Assembly: GCF_009834535.1 (NCBI RefSeq)
Contig: NC_045696.1
Span: 21,454,001-21,518,000 of the forward strand
Direction of reading: 5' to 3'
Source of the DNA: Camelus ferus
Lineage: Eukaryota
Length of the DNA: 64,000 bases
Part shown: piece after piece, positions 27,570 through 39,709 of the stretch
Layout of the letters: every line of letters begins with the position of its first letter
Position numbering within the stretch: the first letter of the stretch is position 1
Notes under the pieces: generated by a model
Seen by the model: the letters and a program-made list of their open reading frames with translations, nothing else
Database searches by the model: none
What the model was told of the DNA's origin: nothing
Translations under genes and position numbers: made by a program

Positions 27570-30500
27570 AAGTTTTGTTTATTTTCACTTTTACTGAAAA
27601 CAATTTACATACAGAAAAATGCACAAATCTTAATTGTAACATGCTGATTGGATAATTCCTGGCAAATGGATACATTAGTGTAACGAATACCCAAATCAAG
27701 ACAAATTTTATCACCCAGAAATTCACTTCATTGCTCCTTCTAGTCTACACCAACCCCTGGTTTAGGCTACCTGTGTTCTGATATCTATCATCACAGACTA
27801 GTTTTGTTAGTTTTTGATCTTATCAAATGGGATCATACAATATATACTCTTTTGTGTGCAGTTTATTTTATTCAATACATTGTTTCCATGATCTATCCAT
27901 ATGGTCACATGTAGCAATTTTTTATCTTTTTTATTACTGAGCTGTTTTTCATTGTATAAATATATCAGATTTGTTTAACAATTCTCTTACTGATGAACAT
28001 TTCAATTATTTTCAGTTTTGTCAATAATGAATATAACTGTTATTAATATGCTTATACAATCATCAGTGGACCTATGATGTAATTTTTTGGAGCAAAATTA
28101 CTGGTCCATAAGGTTTATGTTTTTGCTTTTAAGGGAACTGCAAAACTTTTTTTCCAAAATGGCTGCATTTCCACAAGCAACATTTAAGAGCTTGACTGGT
28201 CCACATCACTGCCAGTGGTCGACATTGTTGGACTTAAATTTTAGCCAGTCTAGTGGGTAGGTGTATAGTGGCAGTTCAATTTTATTTGTATTTTTGTGAT
28301 AACTAATGATGCTGTGAATCTTTTCACGTGTGTTGTTTTTGTTTGTCATTTATTCATCTTCCTTTGTAAAGTGTTTATTCAATCATTTTACCCATTCTTT
28401 ATTGGGTTCTTTATATTTTTATTATTGAGTTGTAAAGTTCTTTATGGATTCTGGATATAAGTCCTTTTTCAGATATATATTTAGTAAATATTTTTTCCTA
28501 GCGTGTAGCTTGCTAATTCATTTTCTTGATGAGTAGAAATTCAAGACAGAGCAAAGTACAGTTTAACAATGTTGTTTTATGATTATTGCTTTCTGTTTAC
28601 TACCTAAGTTTAAAACAACAAGATGTTGAAGATGTCTTGCTAAATTTTATTTAGAAGGCTTGTAGATTTAACTTTTCCATTTACTTTCATAATTTATCTT
28701 GATTTTTTATCATGTGAAGTAATACTCTCATTTTCCTAGTTTTCTCAGAGTTTTTGTCATGAATAATTGTTGACATTTGGTCAGATGTTTTTACTGTCTG
28801 TATTGATGGATTGTTTATCTCTTTTTATTCCACAGTGTCAACCTGTACTCCTATAGTATCCACACTGAGTCATGATGAGTTATCGTTATATTTATATACT
28901 GTTGGATCCCATTGAGCTTTTCTTTATTTTTCTTTTCTTTTTTTGTTGTGTGTGTGTGAGTGTGTGTGTGTGATGTCTTTATATGGTTTTGGGATCAGGT
29001 ATACAATGTTTCATAAAATTTTTTTGGCAAGTCATCTTCCTCCTTTATGTTCTGGGAGAGTTTCATAGAATTGGTATTATTTTTTCTTTATAAATTTGAC
29101 AAAATTCCTCAGTAAAATTATCTGGGCCTGTGTATTTCCTTGTGAGGAAAGTGTTAATTACAAAATCATGTTTTTAACAGATGTAGAGTTCTCCAAATTA
29201 TATTTTTCTTTTTTGTTAGTTTTAATTTTTTCCTCTTAAAGAAATTCTCAATTTTATCTTTTATCAAATTCATAAGCATTAAGTTGATCATAGTACTTTT
29301 ATTATCCTTTGAATGTCCTAGTATCCATTGTGACATCAACCCTTTTACATTCCTGATATTGATAATTTGGAATATCTCTCCTTCGTCTTCATCAATCTTT
29401 TCAAAAACCATTTTTAGTTTAATTTATTTTCTCTATTGTTTGCTTTCTATTTTACTGATTATGTTCATATATATATTGTTTTTTCCTTCATATTTTAACT
29501 TTCACTTCTCTTATTTTTCTAACATATTAAGATTATTATATTATTTCATTTTATAAACTGTTGTAATCATCAAATGATCTGTAATTCACAAATATGTTAT
29601 ATTTTCATTATTTATCAGCTTGAAATATTTTTAAAAATCCATGATATTCTTTTGACCCATAGTTTCTTTGAAATTCATTTTATACCTTTGATAATATGCT
29701 AGATAACTTTCTCATTGATTTCTAATTTAATTCTGGTATACTCAGAGGACATACTCAATAAAGTCATACTTTAGAAATCTATTAAGAAATAATTTATGAT
29801 TTAGCACCTGGGTTATATTTCTAAGTGCTCCAAATGCACTGAAAAAAAAAATGTATATTCTTCAGAGTGGGAGGTTCAGTGTTCTTTAAAATTCCATCAG
29901 TTTATGCCATTTATTGTTCAAATCTTCTATATAATTACTAAATTTTATCTAGGTGACGTCAGTTTTTGACAAGCTATGTTAAAGTCTCTAACTCTAAATT
30001 ATAAATTTTTAAAATTTCTTCTTTCAGTGCTATTAGTTTTTGTCCATATATTGAAGTGCTGTTATTAAGTGTCTTAGTCTTGTGATAAATTTGATTTCTC
30101 TTAAATTAATATTTTACCATAATGCAATAAACCTCTGTATTTTATATAATACCTCTTGTCTCAAAGTCTGTTTTTTTATAATCATTATAGAGCCAACCCA
30201 TCTTTCTTATCCCTTTTTTTATTCAAATTATAGGTTTTACTTTGGTTTCCTTTTCAACTTCTCTGAGTATTTGTATTTAAAATAATTGTAGATAACATGT
30301 TTTGGGTGCTAATATTTATCTACTTTGACAAGGATTGGTTTTAATATGCTTGTTTAGTCCACATATATTTAAAATAGCTATTAATATGTTTTAGTTTAAG
30401 TTGACCATCTTGCTATTTGTTTTCTAGTTATCACATCTTCATATTGTTACTTCATCCCTTCTTTTCTGCCATTCTAATTTCCCTACTGGTTTTGCAGCTA

Positions 30501-31750
30501 TATCTCTTTTTATTTTTAATGGTTCCACTTGGGATTACAACATGTATTTTATGCATCTTTAACTTACTGAAGTCCACCTTGACATAATATTATACCTTCT
30601 TACTTAAACCCCCCCCAAAAAAACCTTGAAATCCTTAAAGCAATAAAATTGCATTTGTAGCTCTCTTCCTTTGTAGTATTTTTTCATCAATGATGCTACT
30701 AAAGTCAGTTTCTTCACAAAACAATGTTATTATTAATGCTCCTACAATCACAATTTGAAGAAATTAAGAGAAGAAAAGTACATAAATATATACACCTATT
30801 TTCGTGATTTCTGGTGCTCTCTGTTCCATCTTGCAGATCCCAGTTTTCACTTAATGTCATTTATCTTGAGACACAGATGGGTCTTTAACAATTCATATAG
30901 TTCAGTGCTGTTGGTGACGAAGTTCCTTTGTGAAGGAAAAACCGGGCTGGTCTAACAATATAACTCACAGGTCTAGGAATGTGAAGGAGAAGCTGGGCTG
31001 GGCTAACAAGATAACTCACAAGTCTAAGTATTGGAATACTGATCTGAGTTCTGCTGGACTAACTTGTAAATCTAAGTTAATTAGTGTTGGTTTGCTGTTT
31101 ATGTGTTTTTGCTAGCCAGCTGGATTTTCAAAGATACATATCTGGCTTTGGAATGTTGGTTTGCTGCCTCCCTGCCTCCACTTTTGTGATAATGGTGCTG
31201 CTAAAGTTGTTCCATGCCTATTGGCCGAATACCCCAAGCTTGTACTTTACCCTATAAAACCTCATGTGCACGTCTTGGAGGTGCTCAGAGCTTCGGAGCA
31301 GAAGCCCCTCTGAGCCTGCCGGCGTAATACATCTGAGTACTCCAACCCTCCGAGTGGTGCTTGTTTCTTGACTGGCCTGTCGTTTCCGTAACACCTTGAC
31401 TTCATCTAGCTAAAAAGGACTTTGATTAACCTATAAAGGCATAAAGATGTTTTGCTAGATATAGATATAGACTTATAGATCTCCTCTCTTACTTTATTAA
31501 TGATGTTATGCTATTGTCTTCTGGTCCTCATTGTTTATGGTAAAATCTAATCATCAAATTTTGTCCCAAATGTTAACATTTTCTCTGGCTGCTTTTAATA
31601 CTTCCTTCTTTCTCTGTCTTTCAGAAATTTTCTGATTACATGTCTTACTTTGATTTTCTTTGCATTTGTGCCATTTGACTCAGTTGAGCTGCTTGGATTT
31701 ATAAGTTGATATTTTCAAGCACATTTGTAAAGTATTGATAATTTTTTATT
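27570..31750 (-). mobile_element. Long degenerate antisense L1 (3' UTR into ORF2), interrupted by the ERV1 solo LTR
   Basis: T-rich tract with L1 hallmarks such as TTGAGTTGTAAAGTTCTTTATGGATTCTGGATATAAGTCC, TCTGGGCCTG and TTGACCCAT. Confidence 0.8.
30929..31393 (+). mobile_element. Relatively young ERV1 (gamma-like) solo LTR inserted in old L1
   Basis: TG...CA termini and a perfect 4-bp TSD CCTT at 30925-30928 and 31394-31397. TATA box TATAAAA at 31253-31259 and poly(A)-signal-like AATACA at 31326. CpGs are retained in the 3' half. Confidence 0.88.
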
Positions 31751-31789
31751 AATGAAATGTATCATATGAAAATAATATCTTAAAATTAT

Positions 31790-33290
31790 AACTGAGGTAC
31801 ATTCAGACAATAGAATATTATTTAATGCCAAAAAGAAATGAGCTACCAAGCCATGAAGAGACAGAGAAAACTTGAATGCATGTTTCTAAGTGAAAGAGGC
31901 AATCTGAAAAGGCTACATATTCTGTGTGAGTCCAACTATGTGAATTCTGGAATAGTCAAAGTTATGGAGACAATAAAAAAAATCAGTGGTTTTCAGGGAT
32001 TTTGTGGGGGAGAGATAAACAGGTAGAGATTAGAGGATTTTTAGGGAAGTAAAATACTTCATATGATATTATAATGATATGTATGTGTCCTCAGCACCTC
32101 TATTTTCAAAAATACAAGTAAAATGAAAACTATGTATATTAAGAAATAAAGATACACAAATGGCCAATAAGGGTCTGAGAAATTGCTCAGTAAGAAAGAA
32201 TGTGTAGCCACACACTATCAGACACTGCTAGTGGGAATGTTCATTGTTACAACCACTTGGGAAAGTGTTTGGCATTATGTAATAAAGCTAAGCATCAATC
32301 TCACCTATAAACCAGTGTTACTAGGTATAAACTAAAGAGAAACAAGCGCATGGTTCCACCAACACAAGCACAAAATATTTATGGCAGCATTATTTATAAT
32401 ATCCATAAGTAAAAATTGTACAAATATCCATTAGCAGAATACTAGATTAAAAACTTTTGGTGTTTTCACATAATGAAGTGCAACACAACCACACAGCAGT
32501 ACAAATAAACTAACTACTTCTATACACAACACTGTAGGTTACTTTCACCAACTGTATGATTCTGTTTCCAAGAAATTAAAAAACAGGCAACATTGATCAA
32601 TTGGTGATAGAAGTCCACATAGTGGTTACCTCAAATGAAGGATACTTTATTAAAGGCTCAGAGTTGGGGAAAATAAGCAAATTTCTTCTGTGATATGGGA
32701 AGTATATAATATCTTGGTCTGAGTGGTATTCAAAGACACACACAATCACATACATATACATATATACACATTTGACCTATCAAGATTTCTGCATTTGACC
32801 CTAGATATATACTATCATCAATAAAAATTATTTTAAAATAAAATTCTTTAAAATCTTACTAAAACTAATGGAATGTCAAGGATTCCATATCATAGAATTT
32901 TTTGTATAATTGCTGATAGAATAAAAATTGGTTCAATTACTCTGAAGAACAATCTCACAAAATCCAATAAAACAAAAGATATTCTTGTCCTAAGACTCAG
33001 CAATTCCAGATTAATGCTGATTTAAATACACTAGGATACACATATAATAATGTCTAAACCAGCATTTCATACAATACAATATCAAATAGGTGTAAAAATG
33101 AATGAATTAGGGCTCTAAGTATGAATATTGCAATCACAATTTTGAAGGAAATAATGATGCCAAAGAATTCACACAATATGGTGACATTTGCACAATACAT
33201 AAAATATCAGAACTGTATTATATTATTTAGCCACAAATATTTTAAAATATGATGAAATGCATGGAATAAAATATTATGAAAATACTTAAA
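31790..33290 (+). mobile_element. Sense-strand old L1 3' fragments (L1MC1-like, then L1ME-like)
   Basis: AAAAGAAATGAGCTACCAAGCCATGAAG...CTAAGTGAAAGAGGCAATCTGAAAAGGCTACATA, and GCTAGTGGGAATG...ACAACCACTTGGGAAAG. Confidence 0.8.
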
Positions 33291-33304
33291 TTAAGAATAA
33301 GTAA

Positions 33305-33850
33305 ATGATCAATAATCACATGAAAATATGCTCAATATCACTAATTATCAGAGAAATGCAAATCAAAACTACAATGAGGTATCACCTCACACCAGTCAGA
33401 ATGGCCATCATTCAAAAATCCACAAATGACAATTGCTGGAGAGGCTGTGGAGAAAGGGGAACCCTCCTACACTGCTGGTGGGAATGCAGTTTGGTGCAGC
33501 CACTATGGAAAACAGTATGGAGATTCCTCAAAAGACTAGGAATAGACTTACCATATGACCCAGGAATCCCACTCCTGGGCTTATATCCAGAAGGAACCCT
33601 ACTTCAGGATGACACCTGCACCCCAATGCTCATAGCAGCACTATTTACAATAGCCAAGACATGGAGACAGCTTAAATGTCCATCAATGGATGACTGGATA
33701 AAGAAGATGTGGTATATTTATACAATGGAATACTGTTCAGCCATAAAAACCAACAACATAAAGCCATTTGCAGCAATATGGATGCTCCTGGAGGATGTCA
33801 TTCTAAGTGAAGTAAGCCAGAAAGAGAAAGAAAAATACCATATGAGATAG
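33305..33850 (+). pseudogene. L1 ORF2p C-terminal fragment (Cys/His-rich domain), 181 codons open
   Basis: From the ORF track. It lacks the endonuclease and RT domains because of 5' truncation. It stops at TAG just before an LICGI* tail that looks like the normal C-terminus. Confidence 0.92.
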
Positions 33851-34203
33851 CTCATATGTGGAATCTAAAAAACAAAAGCAAAAGCAAAAACAAAAAAACA
33901 AAGCATAAATACAACACAGAAATAGACTCATAGACATAGAATACAAATTTGTGGTTGCCAAGGGGGCAGAGGGTGGGAAGGGATAGACGGGATTTCAAAA
34001 TTGTAGAATAGATAAACAAGATTATACTGTATAGCACAGGGAAATATACGTAGGAAATTATGGTAGCTCACAGAGAAAAAAAATGTGACAATGAATATAT
34101 ATTTGTTCATGTATAACTGAAAAATTGTGCTCTACACTGGAATTTGACACAACACTGTAAAATGATTATAAATCAATAAAAAATGTTAAATAAATAAATA
34201 AAA
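33305..34203 (+). mobile_element. Young 5'-truncated LINE-1 (ORF2 C-terminus, 3' UTR and A-rich tail), camelid/cetartiodactyl-type
   Basis: The translation is clearly the L1 ORF2p C-terminus ([18 protein letters not shown]...[18 protein letters not shown]...[12 protein letters not shown]). There is an AATAAA and a (TAAA)n tail at ~34174-34203. A perfect 12-bp TSD AAGAATAAGTAA lies at 33293-33304 and 34204-34215, preceded by TT, matching the L1 endonuclease TT/AAAA-like site. Confidence 0.97.
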
Positions 34204-34859
34204 AAGAATAAGTAATCAGGGAGTTTTAACTGTATTGTTTTGTTTTATTCATTTAAATGGGGAGGATATATAACCAAAGCTTTATTATTCTTACATATGC
34301 ATATCTTAATACATAGATATTTTTAGAGTGAATGATAGTAACAGTAAATGTGTAAGGTAAAGTACAAAGTAAAGCCAATGAAGCATAGCTTTTATAGAAG
34401 GACTACAATCAATAATCATTATAAAGAAAATATTGAAAAAGACAAAAATGACTGCATGCATCTGAGTGAACACTGTGTGAGGAATAACTGTCATGTTCAT
34501 TAGCACTTGGCTGACAGTGGATATGTTTCATATCTCTGCAACCAGCATGTAAAGAAAAAAACTGTATTTCTCTGCTGAAATGTGATTTAACACTGGCATA
34601 TTTACTCCTACTAAATGCAGTCACAATGACAGCAGAGAGAATGAGTGAGGTTGATCTAATTATCCCATTAAATGTGTGAAGGAGCAGAATGCTCATTTTC
34701 TAGTTAGTAATGCAGATCAACTAAGAAAAGTGGAGAATAAGAAGGTCTTATATTTTGTTTACTAGTTGAAATTGATGAACTACATGCGTGGAGAAGCAAG
34801 CGCTTTCATGGGATTTCTATTCAAAGGCTGTGTTCTGCTTCTTTATAAGTACAAGGAAC

Positions 34860-34954
34860 AGGGTGGGGAAGTAGCTCAGTGGTAATGTGTGTGCTTAGCA
34901 TGCAGGAAGTCCTGGGTTCAATCCCCAGTACCACCATTAAAGGAAAAAAAAAAA
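34860..34954 (+). mobile_element. tRNA-Ala(AGC)-derived SINE (camelid vic-1-like)
   Basis: A-box TAGCTCAGTGG, anticodon arm CTTAGCATG and B-box GGTTCAATCCC, ending CCACCA plus an A-tail. The 14-bp direct repeat TAAGTACAAGGAAC occurs at 34846-34859 and 35022-35035. Confidence 0.9.
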
Positions 34955-35505
34955 TGGTATCAAAAAGCATATAGCCCACGAATGGGCTGGTGACATGTTG
35001 AAGATAATAAAAATTGCTATTTAAGTACAAGGAACGAAGTCAATTAAAGACAAACACTTGTTGGAAAAACTAAAACAATTCTTTTGAGAAACCAGGAGGC
35101 TGAATAAAGCCGCTGGCATGTACATACATAAACTACGGGAGAAAATGTTGTTATAAATGCTGCACTTGTTATCTTAGTGTATCAGTGGAAAACTTTCTGG
35201 TTTCCTCAACTTGCGGGTGTTGTTATCTTATTAAGCTGTTTCTTGTTTCCTGGCTGGCTTTCTGCGGGCTCTTTCTTTTCTTTCTCTATACCCCAAGGCT
35301 GCAGTCTGCTTTAGTTTCCACAATACTTACTTCCATCTGCTCTGTTCTGAAACTTCCCAGCAAAAACTGATTGTGCAGTGGAGAGTATTCACCCCCACAT
35401 TTCTCTTTTCTTCTGAAAATTAAAGTAAGCTCCTTAACTCTTTGTTATTTAATGAGGAAAGCTGCTAATGGCAATATGAATGTCACCAGTCAAAAGGAAA
35501 GAAGA

Positions 35506-35877
35506 TCTCTTAGCCTAGGCTGCTATTAAAAAAAAAAAGAAAAGAGCAGAGACTGAGTGACTTAAACAATAAACATTTGTTTCTTCTAATTATGGAGGCT
35601 GAGATGTTCAAGATCAAGGTACTAGCAAGGTTTGGTTCCTGGTAAGAAACTTCTTCCTGACCTTCAGCCAGCAATGGCCTTCTAGCTACATCCTCTCCTG
35701 ACAGAGAAAGAGAGTTCTGGTCTCTCTTTCTCTTAAGGACATTAATCATAAGGTTCTATGACTTCTTTTAAACCTAATTATTTCCCAAAGACCCCCACCT
35801 CCAAATACCACCATATTGAAGGTTGGGGCTTCAACATATGAATTTGAGAGTGACATAAACATTCAGTCCATGAAGCA
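35506..35877 (-). mobile_element. MaLR solo LTR (MLT1A-like)
   Basis: Reverse complement of the same MLT1A motifs (GGAGGCTGAGATGTTCAAGATCAAGG...CTTCAACATATGAATTTG...CATTCAGTCCAT). Confidence 0.88.
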
Positions 35878-37039
35878 CACAAGGTCTAGAAGTATTAACA
35901 CATCAAAGTAATCTGTCTCTGGCCCAGACTCTTGACCCTTTTCTTACATGGGTCCGGAAACTTCTCCCAAGAGATACTGAAAAATAGGCTAACGTTTACA
36001 ATTTGCTTTACTGGCCTCAATTTCTATTTGCTTTCTTCTCCTATATATGAATGTTTCAGTATGTGTTATGGGTCTGATGGCGCTAAGCATAAATTAAAAA
36101 TTTTCTGACTAAATACTCCCTACATTGAGTTAGGGTCTGGGAGGAGAGCAAATAAAGAAATTTTTATCTAAAATACATTCAATAATATGAACTCCATTAA
36201 GCACTTTTTAAAAATCCTCTTTCATCTTAGACTTTTCAATAGCTTTCATCTAAAGGTCATTTTTTCTAATAAACAATCTTTGAGTTTTTATTTGCAGTTG
36301 AAGAGAAACCACTCATTATTTATTATTTGAATAGCTAAATTATTAATACATTCAGAAGTTAGTACATTTTCAATCTCAGCTAAAAAAAAACTTGGGAAAC
36401 TTATGTATTCTGTTTCACCATGGAAATGATTTTATAAAACAGCTGTATTTTTAAAAAGTTAACTGATGGGGAAAGAAAGGATATTATCTTCAATAAAATA
36501 AGCAGCCTTCATAAATAAATAAAATTTTCTACAAATATAGAAAGCATTTAGAACTGTGTAACAAAACTTTCATTTCATAGATAGTATAATACTTAATTTT
36601 AATAGTTATAACCTTTTTATTTAGCACAGTAAAACCAGAAAACATTCTTATTAAAACCTTATGAATAGTTCATCAAATGTTTTTATCTAAAACACATGTT
36701 AAGATATATAATGTGCTTTTATTATTGAAAACCACTAGATAACATAATGATTAAACTAATTAAGAACTCTTAAAATTCTGTATTATGGCAAGTAATCAAG
36801 TAAAAAAATTATACATTCTTAATGATAAACCCAAAATAACAATTTAAAATGGTGTTCACTGATGATTTACTTCCTATATTTGCAGACCATCTGAAGGTGT
36901 AAAAGAACATAAAAGATCTCAGAAGATCATTACTAGTCCATGACCTAGGAGATGGGCAGATACAGATGTGAAAAACAAATTTAAGTTAGTGTTTTCTCCA
37001 GGCAGCCTGGCTTGTGTCACTAAGCCTTCACTTGTTCTG

Positions 37040-39690
37040 TCTTCCATTCCAATCTAATAGCTTCTCACATCATTTGATATGTTGGCTGGAGTAGCACATC
37101 CAAATAAAAAATATTTTCACCCTAAAATCCAAGCAGACACTAAGCCTTGTGCCTCTTTCTTGGTTGTGGGAAGGGGTAAATGCAACAATTTATCCTTCAC
37201 CTCAGAAGAGATATCTCAACATGTTCTACACTATTGGACCCCCTAGAAATTTCAGTAAGGTAAAAGGCCCTGAATTTTTGTCAGATACATCTCTTACCCT
37301 CTGACATACAAACGTCTTACCAATAAGAGTAGTTAGTTGCTCCTTCTTACTCAATCAATCAGCATAATGTCATCAGTGTAATGGACCAGTGTGAAAGCTT
37401 GTGGAGAGGAAAGGTGACCGAGATGCCTGTAGACTAAATTGTGACGTAGGGTTGGAGAATCGATACACGACTGAGGTAGGGAAGTGCAAGTGTATTGCTG
37501 GCCTTGCCAGCTGAGAGTAAACTGCTTTTGGTGGCCTTTACTAAGAGGTAGGAAAAAATGCATTTGTCAGATCAATAGCTACATAGCAGGTACCAGGGAA
37601 TGTGTTAATATACTTAGTCAATAAAAATCACATCTGGTACAACAGATTGGAATCTTTGATTGGAATCACCACCTGGTTAAGCTTATAATAATCCCCTTTC
37701 ATTCTCCATGATCTGCCTTTTCTTCATAGGCCAAATAGATGACTTGAATGGGGATATGGTGGGTATCATTACCCATGCATCCTCAAAGTCCTGGATGGTG
37801 GCTATATCTCTGTAACTCCACCAGGAATGCTGGATTACTTTTGGTTTACCAGTTTCCTAGAGAGAGGCAGTCTTACTCGCTTCTATTTGGCCTTTCCTAT
37901 AAAAATAGCCACAGGTCAGGAAACTAGTGCAGAGATTTTGCCAGCTTCTGAGTATTGCATACAATTATGCATTTCAGAATGGGGGAAATAGCCACAGGAC
38001 GGGGTCAGGGACACGCTGGAACAACCGTGAGACGGACCTGGCTAAAACTCCACTGATCACCTGACCTTCATAAGCCCCTACTCTGACTGATGGACCACAG
38101 AAATGTTTTGGCTCTCCTGAAATTAGTGTCAGTTCAAGCTAGTGTCCAGTAATCCTCAAAAAGTTTGATTATTTCCTTTACTTCATTGCACAGTCACCCC
38201 GTAAAAGGTTGTAGGTCCCTTTGGGGGAAGGCTAAGAGAAAGATTAACAGTATAAAATTTTGGCAGCATAAAGTCATCCTTCCTCAAGGGGACTCACCCC
38301 TTCCTTTATTTGAAAGGTCTTGGATCAATAAACTTGCTCAACTCTGGAAACTGAGGGGCTGTGTCTCTCTGTTTTTATGATTCGAGTTAGACTTGTGTTC
38401 CCTTGACCTAGAACTCTTCCACTATGCAGATCAAGTAAGAATTTAGTAGATTGCCCATCTATTCCACTTCCAGGGACACCACAACCACCTAGCCCACCCC
38501 ACAGGTCTCTGTGAGTCTATTTCTGATTACCACTTTCACTAGGCTTCCCACTGTGGTAACCATGACCACCTTGACATTGGTCATTAAGTGCCACCACTTG
38601 CCCCCTGCCTCCCTAGCATTCAATTATCTCCATTATATTTAGGCTTCCCAGTTCAATGGCAAAAGTTCTCACTGTAATATCTGACCCACAAACAAGGGCA
38701 ACCACTAGCTCTTCAAGAATAATGGGGCTCCCCTAACAAATTTATTTCTCACTGTCATGGAGAAAGATATGTCGTCTGGACTGTCCCAGGGTGGGTGAGC
38801 AGATCTTACATGAGAAATACTCTCTAATGTTTCAGTCTCCCTAAAACGTTGCATCCATTCATCTGCAGTATACTAAGGCAGTCTGGCACATCATCTTAAT
38901 TCAGTGTAAACTACCACTGATCCATGCTTCAGCCAACCAAACTCTTACAGACCTTCTAATCCCTCATGCTGTGACATTAAATGCAAAAATCTCTGCCTAG
39001 TGAGCCTATATCCATTAATTCTGCCTGATCCAAATTTATGTTCCTTCCACCACTATCCCTCACCTACATTAATATCCATTCCCACACATAAACTCAGGAT
39101 TTTCTGTCTATATAAATTGGAAAGATCATGAAGTTCTTTTGGAGTGAAGTGTGTCTCCTAATGTATCATACTTTCTACTTCACCTCTTGAGGCTGCTGGG
39201 ACCTGAGTCTTATTACTTATCTTGAACAAAAGAGGGCTGGGTCCTGAGAAGAACCAGTATTGTCTTGAAAGGCAACTACCACAGGGAGGTACTTTGTAGC
39301 TTGCTCAGGCTAAACAGGATCAATCTCTTCAGGTGGAGCTGAAAACAGTATCTCTACTGGCAATAAGAGTCAGTAGAATTAAGGGTTCAATATCCGTATG
39401 TCATCAGAGTCAAGTGTCCCATTTTAATTTTCAAGACCCCATTCCTTCTCAAGAGATACCCACACTTTAACATCAGATATCATGTGAGATTAGATATTCA
39501 ATTTGCATTGTTATTCATTTGCAGGATGAAACGGTGGGTTTGTTTTACAGTAACCTCAGCTCTGCTGCTATGGGATATAAGGGTTTCTTTCAGAGCAGAC
39601 ATGGAAAACTTTCAGGTCCTTCATGGTTGGTGCAGCACTTGAACTTGGAATTTGAATCCCTGAGCTGATCTTTCACTTTCAGATAATAAT
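37040..39690 (-). mobile_element. Degenerate ERV-L internal region (gag-protease-RT remnants), without adjacent LTRs
   Basis: The minus-strand translation gives an ERV-L RT segment (HQKQFTLSWQGQQYT...LPQ...SPTL.HNLV...LVHYTDDIML) and a protease-like GLLDTS motif near 38135-38160. There are many stops and frameshifts. Boundaries are approximate. Confidence 0.9.
37351..37563 (-). pseudogene. ERV-L reverse transcriptase core fragment (YxDD motif = YTDD at 37369-37380)
   Basis: The ORF track translation resembles HERV-L/MuERV-L RT around LPQG and YIDD. Confidence 0.9.
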
Positions 39691-39709
39691 CTCACTCCGG
39701 ATTGCACAA

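Noticed and set aside
29284..29556. Hydrophobic membrane-protein-like ORFs (also 49616-50105 and 21986-22243)
   Set aside because: The F/L/I richness is a by-product of T-rich antisense L1 sequence.
30929..31030. CRISPR-like or other repeat-spacer array
   Set aside because: There are only two adjacent units with no spacers, inside a mammalian LTR. No array structure was seen anywhere in the window.
34865..34936. Functional tRNA-Ala(AGC) gene
   Set aside because: The D-arm and acceptor-stem pairing are disrupted, and it has an A-tail and flanking direct repeats. It is a SINE copy.
36886..36984. Plus-strand exon (TTCCTATATTTGCAG acceptor, TAA|GTTAGT donor)
   Set aside because: The donor is weak and the longest frame ends in a stop. 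Splice-like words are expected by chance many times in 64 kb.
37644..37667. Short direct repeat GATTGGAATC x2 (similar: TTCTATTCAGGCT x2 near 22880-22915)
   Set aside because: These are ordinary micro-duplications inside decayed retroelements.
22690..39690. MLT2 at 22.7-23.0 kb as the 3' LTR of the ERV-L at 37-39.7 kb
   Set aside because: The orientation matches, but they are 14 kb apart and the MLT2 is flanked on both sides by L1 sequence, which indicates an independent insertion.
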